A DNA stretch of 46,580 bases from Pirellula sp. (GCA_025459245.1 JALOQZ010000001.1:1-46580); one strand, 5' to 3'; positions 37,325-46,580 are shown, counted from the stretch's first letter. A program made the numbers and translations. Notes: a model not told the origin generated them from the letters alone.

Positions 37325-38152
37325 CTATTGATTTCGACCAGCTGTCCTGCTGGCAATCAGCCCTGCCATGTAAGCACCTTTAAAGCCTGAATCGATATTC
37401 ACCACAGCGATATTGGATGCGCAAGCGTTTAGCATGCTTAGCAAAGCCGAAAGTCCGGCGAAGTTGGCTCCATAGCCCACACTCGTTGGGACGGCGATCA
37501 CTGGGCAACTCACGTACCCACCTAAGACACTTGGTAACGCCCCTTCCATTCCTGCAACGCAGACGATCGCGGCCATGGACTGCAGTTCCGGGACCTGTGC
37601 GAGCAATCGGTAAGGACCCGCGACCCCGACGTCTTGCACCAGCTTCGATGGAACACCCATCCAAGCAAGCGTTTCGATCGCCTCGAGCGCAATTCCTTCG
37701 TCAGTAGTCCCTGCGCTTACAACAGCCACCCGGCCCGCACTGGAGGTTCCTTCAATGGCATCAGGGGCGATTGGAGTGCTATTGCGTCCGACTCGGAATG
37801 TTCCTGCTCGGTGGTTCCATCGATGCCATGGGAACAACTCGCTAAGCGATCTCACTTGCTCAGGTATGACGCGCGTAACCAGAACTTCACGGTTTCCATT
37901 CGAGTCGGTCGGACCGTCGAGCAACCGCGTCACTGCGGTTTGGATGGCGTCGACCGATTTGCCTGAACCATATACCACTTCAGGAAAACCGCACCGGCGT
38001 TGGCGATCGCGATCGATCATGACCGCCCCGTCGCTAGGAATCGAAGCGTGTAATATTCGTTGTCCTAGCTCGAACGAGTCGATTTCGCCTCGCTCATACA
38101 ACTGAACTAGTTCGTTTACGGCTAGAGAGGTCTGGTTCGTTTCGGATTGCAT
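37325..38152 (-). CDS. larB: Nickel pincer cofactor biosynthesis protein LarB (AIR carboxylase-like)
   Basis: DRDRQRRCGFPEVVYGSGK, SAGTTD, DVGVAG, AGMEGALPSV, AVPTSVGYGA, MLNACA..VVNIDSGF. Confidence 0.92.
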   Translation of the reverse strand: MQSETNQTSLAVNELVQLYERGEIDSFELGQRILHASIPSDGAVMIDRDRQRRCGFPEVVYGSGKSVDAIQTAVTRLLDGPTDSNGNREVLVTRVIPEQVRSLSELFPWHRWNHRAGTFRVGRNSTPIAPDAIEGTSSAGRVAVVSAGTTDEGIALEAIETLAWMGVPSKLVQDVGVAGPYRLLAQVPELQSMAAIVCVAGMEGALPSVLGGYVSCPVIAVPTSVGYGANFAGLSALLSMLNACASNIAVVNIDSGFKGAYMAGLIASRTAGRNQ

Positions 38153-38161
38153 CGCAATAGA

Positions 38162-38779
38162 TCAAGCAAACTGGGGTTCGTAGTCGTGGGAGTTTATAAG
38201 ATCCACGACGCGTCCGATAGCCTCAGCCGCTTGCTCCCGAGGCATCGACGGGAGATCCCGATGCGACCGCAAGACTTGTTCTGGGGTAAGAGGTATGTGC
38301 ATAAATCCGATGGGCCGTCTTAGTTGGTGATGAAGATGCCAAAGATGACTGAGGTACATGACCGCATTGCATAGGTAAGTCCCTGCGTGAAAGGAAATCG
38401 CAGAGGGGATCCCATTCTGCATCAAATCTCGTTTCCAGAGATCCAATGGAAAATCCGTCCGAAACGCTACGGGACCATTTTGGGTGATCGGTCCGAAAAA
38501 CTCACCTTGTGAATCCGTCATCCCCGCCACGTTCAGCGCGATTGCCTCCAGCTGAATCCGGCTGGCACCTGGGGATTGCCCTAGATGCAGGACGGCATCG
38601 AACCCTCTGGCAAGATCTTTGAAAAGTCGCTCCTGCATTGTGGGAAGATCGACCGGGTAACGGCGGGTCGTCACCCCCTCCATCGCCCCTCGCCTTTCAA
38701 GAAGACAAATCAATGCCTCCCAGCTGGAATTCTGATCCCAGTTGTCGTAGGGTTCAAAGGCAGTGAGCAGGATTCGCAC
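38162..38779 (-). CDS. pcp: Pyroglutamyl-peptidase I (peptidase C15)
   Basis: MRILLTAFEPY, NSS, HLGQ, catalytic triad E (LEAIALN), C (AGTYLCN), H (GFMHIP). Confidence 0.9.
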   Translation of the reverse strand: MRILLTAFEPYDNWDQNSSWEALICLLERRGAMEGVTTRRYPVDLPTMQERLFKDLARGFDAVLHLGQSPGASRIQLEAIALNVAGMTDSQGEFFGPITQNGPVAFRTDFPLDLWKRDLMQNGIPSAISFHAGTYLCNAVMYLSHLWHLHHQLRRPIGFMHIPLTPEQVLRSHRDLPSMPREQAAEAIGRVVDLINSHDYEPQFA

Positions 38780-38973
38780 TTGGGCCTCGGTTTTTGAAGA
38801 AAGTCTCGACCATATGATATACCCGTTTTAGTTCAAAAAAACGCCGAGACAGCCTTCGCAACCCGAACAACCCTGGAATTGCCTAGTTCGTTCAGATAAA
38901 GTGAGTGTCAGTCTGGATAACTCGGTTTTTCAGCCTCCTACCCCCCAACCTCCCCTCCGAAAGCCGTTTCAGG

Positions 38974-39834
38974 ATGACTCGACCACTCGCAACGACAGCC
39001 ATTTCTGCCCTTTTTAGCGCCGTCTACGCGTTCGCGTTCGCTTATGCGATAGCTCCAAACTCTCCCTTGAACGCGCAAGACCTGTTTCCAGACAAAGCTC
39101 TCGAAGCCGCAGTGCGCTGGGAGGTTTTCGAAAAGAGGTACAACTCCGAGCCGATCAAGGCAGAGGATGTGAAAAACATCTCCCAAGTTGTCGCGAGAGG
39201 GAAAGGGGTGAAAAGCTTGGAGGGGCTGCAACACTGCAAATCCCTCATGAAGATCGATCTTGCCAACAACGAAATTTCCGATTTGTCTCCTATCGCTGAC
39301 TTGAAACAATTGCAGTCGATCGATTTGTCCGGGAATCAAATCGAAAACATCGCACCGCTCGCTGGGCTGAAACAATCTCAATACTTGCAACTTTCCAAAA
39401 ACAAAATCGTCGACTTGGCCCCCATCAAGGATCTGACCAATCTGAATTCGCTCTATCTCAACGACAACCAAATCAAATCATTGGAACATGTCGCTGCACT
39501 GAAGAAGCTTTGGACACTGCAGGCTGCCGGCAATCCACTTGAAAACACCAGCGCTGTCGCAGAACTTCGAGGACTAAAGACCTTGAACCTCAACGGCTGC
39601 GGATTGAAAAAGGTGGAGTTCCTCAAAGGAATTAAAGAGCTGAGCCTTCTGATGCTCGACAAGAACCCCATCGAATCCTTGGACCCGCTCGTCGAAGTCT
39701 GCGAAGCGGATACGGCCCGACGATTCGCTCCTTTTCTTCGGCTTTACCTCGATGCCAAAGTCGCAGGCGACTTGAACAGTGCTATCGAACGACTGAAGAA
39801 AGTGGGAGTGCGCATCAACCCCGAGAAAAGATAA
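38974..39834 (+). CDS. Secreted leucine-rich repeat (internalin-like) protein
   Basis: Signal peptide; FPDKALEAAVR cap; about seven 22-aa repeats LxxLxxLxLxxNxIxDLxPL. Start placed at ATG 38974. Confidence 0.88.
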   Translation: MTRPLATTAISALFSAVYAFAFAYAIAPNSPLNAQDLFPDKALEAAVRWEVFEKRYNSEPIKAEDVKNISQVVARGKGVKSLEGLQHCKSLMKIDLANNEISDLSPIADLKQLQSIDLSGNQIENIAPLAGLKQSQYLQLSKNKIVDLAPIKDLTNLNSLYLNDNQIKSLEHVAALKKLWTLQAAGNPLENTSAVAELRGLKTLNLNGCGLKKVEFLKGIKELSLLMLDKNPIESLDPLVEVCEADTARRFAPFLRLYLDAKVAGDLNSAIERLKKVGVRINPEKR

Positions 39835-41337
39835 ATGCAACGATCCAAACGAGCTCTTATCTTAACTTCTTTGCTTGCATGTGTGGCCTGGGCACCATGC
39901 GTCCTCGCGGACGAAACGGGCAAACCTGAATCGATGAGCGAAACGGAGGCCCGCATTCGATTCATTCCTCGAACGGACGATAAAGCGGCCTCGGACCTTG
40001 AGAAACTCCGCTTCGCTTTGAGCCAATCCGAGGATTCGCGAGGCCCCATCGATCCGCTCGCCTCTTACGCGAAACAGCCGTCCCAACCGACAGCAGGAAA
40101 GAAAGTCGATCCAGAAAAGAAAAAGGATGCAGAGAGAAAAGACAGGACGAAGGATACGGACGCCAAGCAATCGCCCCAGCTGAAAAAGGAACAGGGGGCA
40201 GATTATCGGTCTCCTCGAATTGCTTGGGAATCGAGCGTCGATCTTCTTCGCTTGCCCGAACAAGCTAGCAACTCAGGCGAGAAGAATCGCTCACTTGAGA
40301 GTGCTTCCGTTGCTCCTAGCAGTCGGCCCACCATGGTCGCCAAGTCGGATGGGTTTCGATCGGCTCGTTTCGAAAAGGATGTCGACGCGACCCAAGTCCC
40401 GGTGTTGGACGACGCGGTGACCTACGCGTCAGCCAACGTCCCAATCGTCAACGGAGTAGATCGCACGTCACGTTTCCAAGAAATTCCCTTCGGATCACAA
40501 GGCACCCCAGTCGCCCCCATTCCCGGCGGTGGAAATCCCAACTTGGGCGCGACCAATCCCTCGATCCCAGGTGTTTATCCTCCATCGGGTGTTTACCCAC
40601 CGGTTGGCAGCTATCCTCCAGCAGGCACTTATCCTCCAGCAGGCACTTATCCACCCGTCGGAACCTATCCACCAACGATGGTTTATCCACCGACCATTCC
40701 CACCGGACCTGTCGCAGTCGCTCCGCCCCCTACTACCATTCCCGCGCCCTACGACCCAGCAGCTTCCGTGGTCCCTGGAATCGCACCTCCTTCGACGGCT
40801 CCCTCCGCCGGTGTCGTTATCCCCGCACCGCCGGCGACATACGTTCCCATACCTACAGTGCCTGCCACCGGCGCACCTGTCGCTGGCGTTCCGACTTATC
40901 CGACGTATCCAACCGCTGCACCGATCGCATATCCCCCTACCGTGCCGGCTTCGAATCCACCGCCGCGATACGCCTCCAATGAATCAACTTATGTAACGAG
41001 CGAACCCTTTGTCAGCTCGCCTCCGCGGCAGATCGATGCAAGGTTTATGGTTTCGCCAACGTTGTTTCGTCCTGCGGCAGACGATTGCAACACGTGCGGC
41101 ACGTCGCCTCGACCTTATGCCCCCAGCCCAAGCACACCGAGCGGGACACCCATGAGCTACGCTCCCCCAACCTACTACCCTTACTCCTACAACGGATTCA
41201 ACTCCGGCTATCGAAGCTTGATCGGATTCGGGCAAAACGTGAGTCTTGCTCAAGTAGGACGCGGTCTCTACGGACAGCCTACTGCCTACATGCCGAATCA
41301 ACCATTCCGCAATTTTATCCGATATCTCTTTCCTTGA
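39835..41337 (+). CDS. Secreted Pro-rich low-complexity hypothetical protein
   Basis: Signal peptide; long P/A/T/Y-rich region; C-terminal GRGLYGQPTAYMPNQPFRNFIRYLFP; starts immediately after the LRR gene stop. Confidence 0.75.
   Translation: MQRSKRALILTSLLACVAWAPCVLADETGKPESMSETEARIRFIPRTDDKAASDLEKLRFALSQSEDSRGPIDPLASYAKQPSQPTAGKKVDPEKKKDAERKDRTKDTDAKQSPQLKKEQGADYRSPRIAWESSVDLLRLPEQASNSGEKNRSLESASVAPSSRPTMVAKSDGFRSARFEKDVDATQVPVLDDAVTYASANVPIVNGVDRTSRFQEIPFGSQGTPVAPIPGGGNPNLGATNPSIPGVYPPSGVYPPVGSYPPAGTYPPAGTYPPVGTYPPTMVYPPTIPTGPVAVAPPPTTIPAPYDPAASVVPGIAPPSTAPSAGVVIPAPPATYVPIPTVPATGAPVAGVPTYPTYPTAAPIAYPPTVPASNPPPRYASNESTYVTSEPFVSSPPRQIDARFMVSPTLFRPAADDCNTCGTSPRPYAPSPSTPSGTPMSYAPPTYYPYSYNGFNSGYRSLIGFGQNVSLAQVGRGLYGQPTAYMPNQPFRNFIRYLFP
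40570..40695 (+). repeat. In-frame 18-bp tandem repeat encoding (G/M)xYPPx seven times
   Basis: GVYPPS GVYPPV GSYPPA GTYPPA GTYPPV GTYPPT MVYPPT; the DNA stretch TATCCTCCAGCAGGCACT is duplicated exactly. Confidence 0.85.
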
Positions 41338-41367
41338 TTCCGTTCACTTTTTCGATTCGCTAACGGC

Positions 41368-42561
41368 ATGCGCCATTACCTCGATCATGCCGCGACAAGC
41401 TGGCCGAAAGCCCCAGGAGTGTTGGAGGCGGTCAATGCGTACCAGCAAACATGCGGCGCGCCGGCGGGGCGCAGTTCCTACCGCACTGCGAATGAAGTCG
41501 ACGCTCTGATTCGTCAGACACGGCTTGCATTGTCACATCAAGTCGATGCGTCATCTCCGAGTGATATCGCGTTTTGCAGCAATGGAACGCAAGCGCTCAA
41601 CGCAGCGATCTTTGGAATCGCTCTCCGGGCATATGAACAAAGCGAACCCTGCCACATCGTCACGACGGTCACAGAACATAATAGTGTCTTGCGTCCTTTG
41701 GCTTTAGCCCGCAAACGAGGTTGGCTGACTTGGGATGCGGTGCCGTGCGACGAAGTTGGGTTTGTGTCTCCCGATGCTGTCGAAGCTGCGATCAAGCCGG
41801 ATACGCGATGGCTCATCGTTAACCATGCCTCCAATGTAACCGGTACCGTCCAGCCGATCGACACTTGGGCCGATCTGGCACAAATGTTCGGAATTCATTT
41901 GATGGTCGATGCGGCTCAGAGCCTTGGCTATCTACCCGTGAGCATGCGGACTCAGCGAATCGATTTGCTCGCAGCTCCATGCCACAAAGGGCTTGGCTCC
42001 ATGCTTGGATGCGCTTTCTTGGCTGCAAGTCCTAGGGTTCAACGCATACTCGCTACATATTGCATCGGCGGAACAGGGTCGGACAGCGACGCGATTGAAG
42101 GGAACTTTGGTTGGTTGGAATCGACAGAATCCGGAAATCTCAATGTCCCTGCAATTGTCTCTCTGCATGCCTCGCTTCAGTGCGAGCAAAAAGTTGCACC
42201 TAAGCAGTTCGAAGCTTGGAGCGAGCGCATCTTAAGAACTGCCAGCGAGTGCCAGCACCTACGTCTGGTGGGGCGACCTACGAATGCGTTCCAGGATCGG
42301 CTCCCCGTCTTTAGTTTCGCTCCCCGCTCGGAGCAATCGAATCCCCCCCAGGCGGGGATTTGCCAAGAATGGGCATTGATGCTGGAAGGGATGCGAGGGA
42401 TAGAATGCCGAGCTGGATTCCACTGCGCGGGGCTCATACACGACTTTCTTGGTACCAGTCCGTTTGGTGGTACAGTTCGACTCAGTCTGGGGCATACTAC
42501 AAGCGATGCGGATGTCGATGCCGCTTGCGAAGGGCTCCTTCTGCTCGATAGTTCTCTCTAA
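41368..42561 (+). CDS. Class V PLP aminotransferase, cysteine desulfurase-like
   Basis: YLDHAATSWPK, EHNSV, HASNVTG, VDAAQS, PLP lysine APCHKG, CRAGFHCA, VRLSLG. Confidence 0.88.
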   Translation: MRHYLDHAATSWPKAPGVLEAVNAYQQTCGAPAGRSSYRTANEVDALIRQTRLALSHQVDASSPSDIAFCSNGTQALNAAIFGIALRAYEQSEPCHIVTTVTEHNSVLRPLALARKRGWLTWDAVPCDEVGFVSPDAVEAAIKPDTRWLIVNHASNVTGTVQPIDTWADLAQMFGIHLMVDAAQSLGYLPVSMRTQRIDLLAAPCHKGLGSMLGCAFLAASPRVQRILATYCIGGTGSDSDAIEGNFGWLESTESGNLNVPAIVSLHASLQCEQKVAPKQFEAWSERILRTASECQHLRLVGRPTNAFQDRLPVFSFAPRSEQSNPPQAGICQEWALMLEGMRGIECRAGFHCAGLIHDFLGTSPFGGTVRLSLGHTTSDADVDAACEGLLLLDSSL

Positions 42562-42629
42562 GAGCCTATCCGAAAACCATGGAAAACCGCGGCTAGCGCC
42601 AGAGCGGCTAATGGTTTTCGGACAGGCTC
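42562..42629 (-). mobile_element. 68-bp MITE/REP-like element, copy 2 (inverted relative to copy 1)
   Basis: GAGCCTATCCGAAAACC...GGTTTTCGGACAGGCTC; starts immediately after the TAA stop of the desulfurase gene; its reverse complement matches 116-183. Confidence 0.85.
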
Positions 42630-42789
42630 TAGATCAAGCTGTGCTTCGCAACTTGTTTGACTTTCGAGGAGCGAACAAAAAATTCTGGGCCAAGATATAC
42701 TCTTGGTTTCCGAACACATTGGCAGCTATCCATCCCAGTTCAAGCGTCATCCCCGATTAGCGTTCAGAAACACACGCACAGAAGATTCC

Positions 42790-43569
42790 ATGAGCAGCGA
42801 AAACCCGTATTACGCGAGCGAGCAACCTCCAGTTGCCTCACCCGTTTTCGACTCCGAGGCTTTTCAGCCGATTCATGAGCTCGATTTTGGGAGAATGATC
42901 AAGTCCCCGTTTCAAAGCCCAAACTGGCTGGTGAATCTCTTCTGGATGTTCATCGTGGAAATCCTTGCCTTGTTCGTCGTCGGTAACATCGTCTACCTGG
43001 GATATGCGGGCGAAGTTGCCATCGCTCGAAGTGGTGGCAGAACTAGAAATTGGCCCGATTTTCAGCTGGATCGGCTGACCGAGTATCTGTTGCGTGGACT
43101 TTGGCCGTTTCTTTGGCAGATGATCGGTTTCGCGGCCATGTCCATCGTTGTTGGAGTGCCCATTTCCATCGGGGCAGTCGCGACAGCGGCATTGGCGGAC
43201 GGTGGTCCTCCCTTTTTTGCTATTCTCTCAGGCGTCACGACAGGCGCGATCGGTTTTCTAGCCATGATCGCTGCAAGCTATGTCCTTTTCGCGGTCACGC
43301 TAAAGAGCTTGTTGGCGAATGACTTCATGGCGGGAATGGATCTCGTCTTTGTGAAGTCCTTTTGTGTGAACATGGTATTCACCATGCTACTCGCGGTACT
43401 TTACTTTTTGATTATCTCGACGGTCGCAACCTTGCTGGGAGCCCTCCTCTGTTTTGTCGGGCTCTTCTTAGTTTCCCCAATTCTTCGATTGATCACCTGC
43501 GACTTCCTTGCGCAAATACACGACATCCATTTAAGTCGCGGCGGCCCTTCGGCCTTTCCTTTGATCTGA
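42790..43569 (+). CDS. DUF4013-like integral membrane protein
   Basis: SENPY N-terminus; PNWLVNL..VGNIVYLGY..WPDF..EYLLRGLWPF; 4-5 TM helices; LLCFVGLF. Start placed at ATG 42790. Confidence 0.7.
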   Translation: MSSENPYYASEQPPVASPVFDSEAFQPIHELDFGRMIKSPFQSPNWLVNLFWMFIVEILALFVVGNIVYLGYAGEVAIARSGGRTRNWPDFQLDRLTEYLLRGLWPFLWQMIGFAAMSIVVGVPISIGAVATAALADGGPPFFAILSGVTTGAIGFLAMIAASYVLFAVTLKSLLANDFMAGMDLVFVKSFCVNMVFTMLLAVLYFLIISTVATLLGALLCFVGLFLVSPILRLITCDFLAQIHDIHLSRGGPSAFPLI

Positions 43570-43587
43570 GGCCAGATCCACAGCTTA

Positions 43588-43654
43588 GAGCTTGCCCGAG
43601 ATCAACGAGCCGCTCTGGCGCTAGCGGCGCTTACGATCGTTTTCGGATAGATAC
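43588..43654 (+). mobile_element. MITE/REP-like element, copy 3 (degenerate)
   Basis: GAGCTTGCCCGAGATC..AGCCGCTCTGGCGCTAGC..GTTTTCGGATAGATAC; core and right TIR recognisable; lies between convergent genes. Confidence 0.65.
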
Positions 43655-43682
43655 TGAGCATCGAGTGGAGATTCGGGGCCTG

Positions 43683-44993
43683 CTATCGAATGGGGTGGAT
43701 AAGCTCATCATCAAGCCAATTGATCGGTTCGCGATCATCGACGGGAGTCTCGTAATGCTTGAGAAGCTTGCCCTTCAACAACCCCATCTTCTCGACAATA
43801 GCAAGTGCTCTCGATGATACTTCATTCTGCTCCCAACGATCATCAGGCTTGGTATAGAGCTCAAGGTGTTCCGCTTGATCCTCGCGTCGTTCCAACCTAA
43901 GAGACCAAGCGGGGCTGCAAACATACTCTTGATTCTTTTCGCATGCGATCGCGGCGCCGACACGAGCTTCGCCATCATACCTAGAGTGGCTCAGAGACTC
44001 CAAAAAGGATTGAAACGTCTCGGATGCTGGATGATCACGAAACCAATCTTGCAGCCACTCGCCCAAATTGTGGGGCTGCATAATTGCCCCTTGTCGCCCT
44101 CCGAGCGGGAGCGATTCGCCTGGCATGATGAGACATGGTACATGCAAGGATTCGGAGTACAGCTTTTGGGAATGCCCTCCAACGTAGCCATGCTCTCCGA
44201 GAGAGTATCCTGAAACGCCTATCACTCCGACCATACAGGAAGGAAGCACCCCCATCTCTCGGAGCGAACCGAGCATATCACCGATCGCTTGATCGATCCC
44301 AATAACCTGTCCGCCTACCGCACAGGAAATACCGAAGACATCATCCGGATCGGTCTTCGCATCCACTTGCATCTCCATGGGGGACGTGTTGCTGGGGGGA
44401 TCTGGGTCATCTTCGTCGCACAGCATCTCTCGAAATTCATAGGGAGCATCCCACCTACCCGCGAGTCCTTTGGAGTGAATCCATAGCAGAGAGTGATCTG
44501 CCAAGCACTCCGTCCAAGTTCCGATGGCGGCTTCAACAAGCTGCTCAAACTCCATCAAAGTAGGTTCTGCAGAATCGTTACCATCGATATCCGATTCGCT
44601 TTCTGGTTCAAACAGAAGGACTCTGTCAAAACACTCCGCCGCAACACTATTGGCAATATCGAAATCGTCCGTGACCAATAGCCCTCGGCCTATTTGCTCC
44701 TTCCACAAGGAGTAGTTCTGCAACTGCAAACCGGAGCGGTTATCCCCGCCCCCGCTCGCCTCGGTACTGCCACGCGAAAGAGAATGCGTTCCGCTCCAGA
44801 GCGAATGCAAGCTGCGAGCGACATCCCCGGAGTCCGACCAGAGCTGATCGATCACGATTCCTCGAGAAGCCATAGCATCCAAATTCGGGGTCGGCGCCAC
44901 ACTGTTTCCATAGCAGCCGACCAAATTCGTTCCGAGACCTTGGATCGAAAGGAACAGAGCAAGTCGCGGGGATGAAGAATCCGATGGTGCCAT
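43683..44993 (-). CDS. Sulfatase-like/alkaline phosphatase superfamily protein lacking the FGly motif
   Basis: VGCYGN..APTPNLDAMASRG, IDQAIG, GYSLGEHG, LYSESLHVP, ELYTKPDDRWEQNEV; no C/SxPxR motif. Start placed at ATG 44993. Confidence 0.75.
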   Translation of the reverse strand: MAPSDSSSPRLALFLSIQGLGTNLVGCYGNSVAPTPNLDAMASRGIVIDQLWSDSGDVARSLHSLWSGTHSLSRGSTEASGGGDNRSGLQLQNYSLWKEQIGRGLLVTDDFDIANSVAAECFDRVLLFEPESESDIDGNDSAEPTLMEFEQLVEAAIGTWTECLADHSLLWIHSKGLAGRWDAPYEFREMLCDEDDPDPPSNTSPMEMQVDAKTDPDDVFGISCAVGGQVIGIDQAIGDMLGSLREMGVLPSCMVGVIGVSGYSLGEHGYVGGHSQKLYSESLHVPCLIMPGESLPLGGRQGAIMQPHNLGEWLQDWFRDHPASETFQSFLESLSHSRYDGEARVGAAIACEKNQEYVCSPAWSLRLERREDQAEHLELYTKPDDRWEQNEVSSRALAIVEKMGLLKGKLLKHYETPVDDREPINWLDDELIHPIR

Positions 44994-45083
44994 AGAGTTG
45001 AAGTCGAATAAGGGTGCTGGCAATTCCTTTCTTCTACCATTATGTTGATCGAGCAACAACCTCTCCCTACTACCTCTTCATCT

Positions 45084-46352
45084 ATGACTGAATACCCTGC
45101 CTCGGTCGACCAAGCCTATCGGCTGGCTCGAGAACGTTACGCCACGGTCGGAGTGGACACAGAACAAGCCCTCGAGAAGCTTGCAACTATCTCGATTTCC
45201 ATTCAGTGCTGGCAAGGAGACGATGTTCGTGGGTTCGAGTCCAATCAAACAACTCTTTCCGGTGGAATTGCGGTAACGGGATCCCACCAAGGTGCCGCCC
45301 GGCATCCAGATGAACTGCGGGCCGATTTAGAGTTGGCCTTGAAGCTGATTCCCGGGTCGCACCGCGTCAATCTGCACGCCATGTACGGGGATTTTGGACG
45401 CGAGAAAGTGGACCGTGATGCCATTGAAATCGAGCATTTTCGTCGTTGGTGCGACTGGGCCCGATCTCTCGGCATCGGACTGGATTTCAATCCCACTTGC
45501 TTCTCTCATCCTCTCTCTCAATCGGGGTTTACGCTAAGCCACCCCGATTCCTCTGTCCGTTCCTTTTGGATCGATCACTGCGTTCGATCGAGACGTATTG
45601 CGGCGTGGATTGGAAAACAACTCGCTTCTCCTTCAGTCAACAATATATGGATTCCGGATGGGGCCAAAGATTTTCCAGCCGATCGATTGACTCCGAGGAT
45701 TCGGCTCTCCGAATCGCTCGATCAAATCTTCAACGAGTCGTTTACCCCAGCGGAGTTGATCGATTCCGTAGAATCGAAACTTTTCGGGCTGGGCAGCGAG
45801 GCCTACGTCGTCGGCAGCCATGAGTTTTATCTCGGGTATGCTGCAAAGCATCAGAAATCAATTTGCTTGGATGCTGGGCATTTTCATCCAACCGAGTCGA
45901 TCGCAGATAAGATCAGCTCCGTCTTGATGTTCGTGCCGCAATTACTGCTACATGTAAGTCGCCCAATGCGTTGGGATAGCGATCACGTCGTCTTGCTCGA
46001 CGATCCGACCCAAGCGATAGCCTTTGAATTAGTCCGTAACAACCTATTGCACCGCACTCACATCGGCCTGGACTACTTTGACGCCAGCATCAATCGAATC
46101 GCAGCCTGGATTATTGGAACCCGGAATACGCTGAAGTCGTTGCTGATCGCGTTGCTAGAGCCCGCATCCGTTCGCTTGGCGGAGGAAAGTGGCGATCTCA
46201 CCGAGAGGCTCCTGTGGATGGAGGAGTCGAAGTCGCTTCCTTGGTCGCTCGTATGGGACAAGTTTTGTGAGATACAGGATGTGCCTATTGGTCATCTTTG
46301 GTGGGGCGATGTCAAGGAATACGAATCGAATGTTCTCTCGTTTCGAAACTGA
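45084..46352 (+). CDS. rhaA: L-rhamnose isomerase
   Basis: [92 protein letters not shown]. Start placed at ATG 45084. Confidence 0.95.
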   Translation: MTEYPASVDQAYRLARERYATVGVDTEQALEKLATISISIQCWQGDDVRGFESNQTTLSGGIAVTGSHQGAARHPDELRADLELALKLIPGSHRVNLHAMYGDFGREKVDRDAIEIEHFRRWCDWARSLGIGLDFNPTCFSHPLSQSGFTLSHPDSSVRSFWIDHCVRSRRIAAWIGKQLASPSVNNIWIPDGAKDFPADRLTPRIRLSESLDQIFNESFTPAELIDSVESKLFGLGSEAYVVGSHEFYLGYAAKHQKSICLDAGHFHPTESIADKISSVLMFVPQLLLHVSRPMRWDSDHVVLLDDPTQAIAFELVRNNLLHRTHIGLDYFDASINRIAAWIIGTRNTLKSLLIALLEPASVRLAEESGDLTERLLWMEESKSLPWSLVWDKFCEIQDVPIGHLWWGDVKEYESNVLSFRN

Positions 46353-46356
46353 ATAA

Positions 46357-46424
46357 GAGCCGATCCGAAAACCATTAGCCGATCTAGCGCATGCCAAGGT
46401 TTTCGGGGGTTTTCGGATAGGCTC
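46357..46424 (+). mobile_element. 68-bp MITE/REP-like element, copy 4
   Basis: GAGCCGATCCGAAAACCATTAGCCG...GGTTTTCGGATAGGCTC, 4 bp after the rhaA stop and preceded by TAA. Confidence 0.8.
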
Positions 46425-46487
46425 AGTGCCCAGCAATACGTTTCAGAGAACCGGGGTTTGGTGAGTGAGAGAGGAGAGAATGAAACG

Positions 46488-46580
46488 ATGTACAACTCCA
46501 AAGACAAGTTGACTTCGGGAGGATCGGCCCCATCCGATGAGAATTTAGGAGGCGAGTTCGAGCGAGAAGTCGTTCCGGAG
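46488..46580 (+). CDS. 5' fragment of a gene running off the window (possibly a permease)
   Basis: GAGGAGAG RBS-like sequence upstream; ATG at 46488 open to the window end (MYNSKDKLTSGGSAPSDENLGGEFEREVVPE); EFERExVP resembles N-termini of purine/cytosine-permease-like transporters. Confidence 0.45.
   Translation, partial: MYNSKDKLTSGGSAPSDENLGGEFEREVVPE

Noticed and set aside
38974-39834. LRR protein as a defence or virulence system component
   Set aside because: Simple secreted internalin-like LRR with no effector, NTPase or TIR domain and no defence genes nearby.

Overview
Gene-dense bacterial chromosomal window, most likely from a Planctomycete (Pirellulaceae-like). This is inferred from two large PVC-type heme-binding dehydrogenase-like proteins, a prenyltransferase/squalene-cyclase-repeat protein and several Planctomycete-style secreted hypothetical proteins. 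Left to right: a cheA(hybrid)-cheW-cheB-cheR operon, a PVC heme protein, a GlnE-like protein with degenerate motifs, then a ~14 kb block (13.3-27.2 kb). That block holds a pentaheme cytochrome c, an LmtA-like lipid A phosphate methyltransferase, a PAP2 phosphatase, an NtrC-family regulator, a small antisense ORF, a PAS histidine kinase and an RND tripartite pump. It is followed by housekeeping/accessory genes (ygfZ, larB, pcp, LRR protein, cysteine desulfurase-like, sulfatase-like, rhaA). The most notable unannotated structure is in that block: three good sigma54 -24/-12 promoters and helically phased TGCA-N6-TGCA boxes in its intergenic regions. Together they suggest a self-contained sigma54 envelope/metal-response regulon that includes a 69-aa small protein. 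Two non-coding repeat families are present: a 68-bp MITE-like element (4 copies) and a GTAG-type REP cluster. No rRNA, tRNA, CRISPR array or transposase was seen. All product calls come from motif recognition by eye, not database searches.
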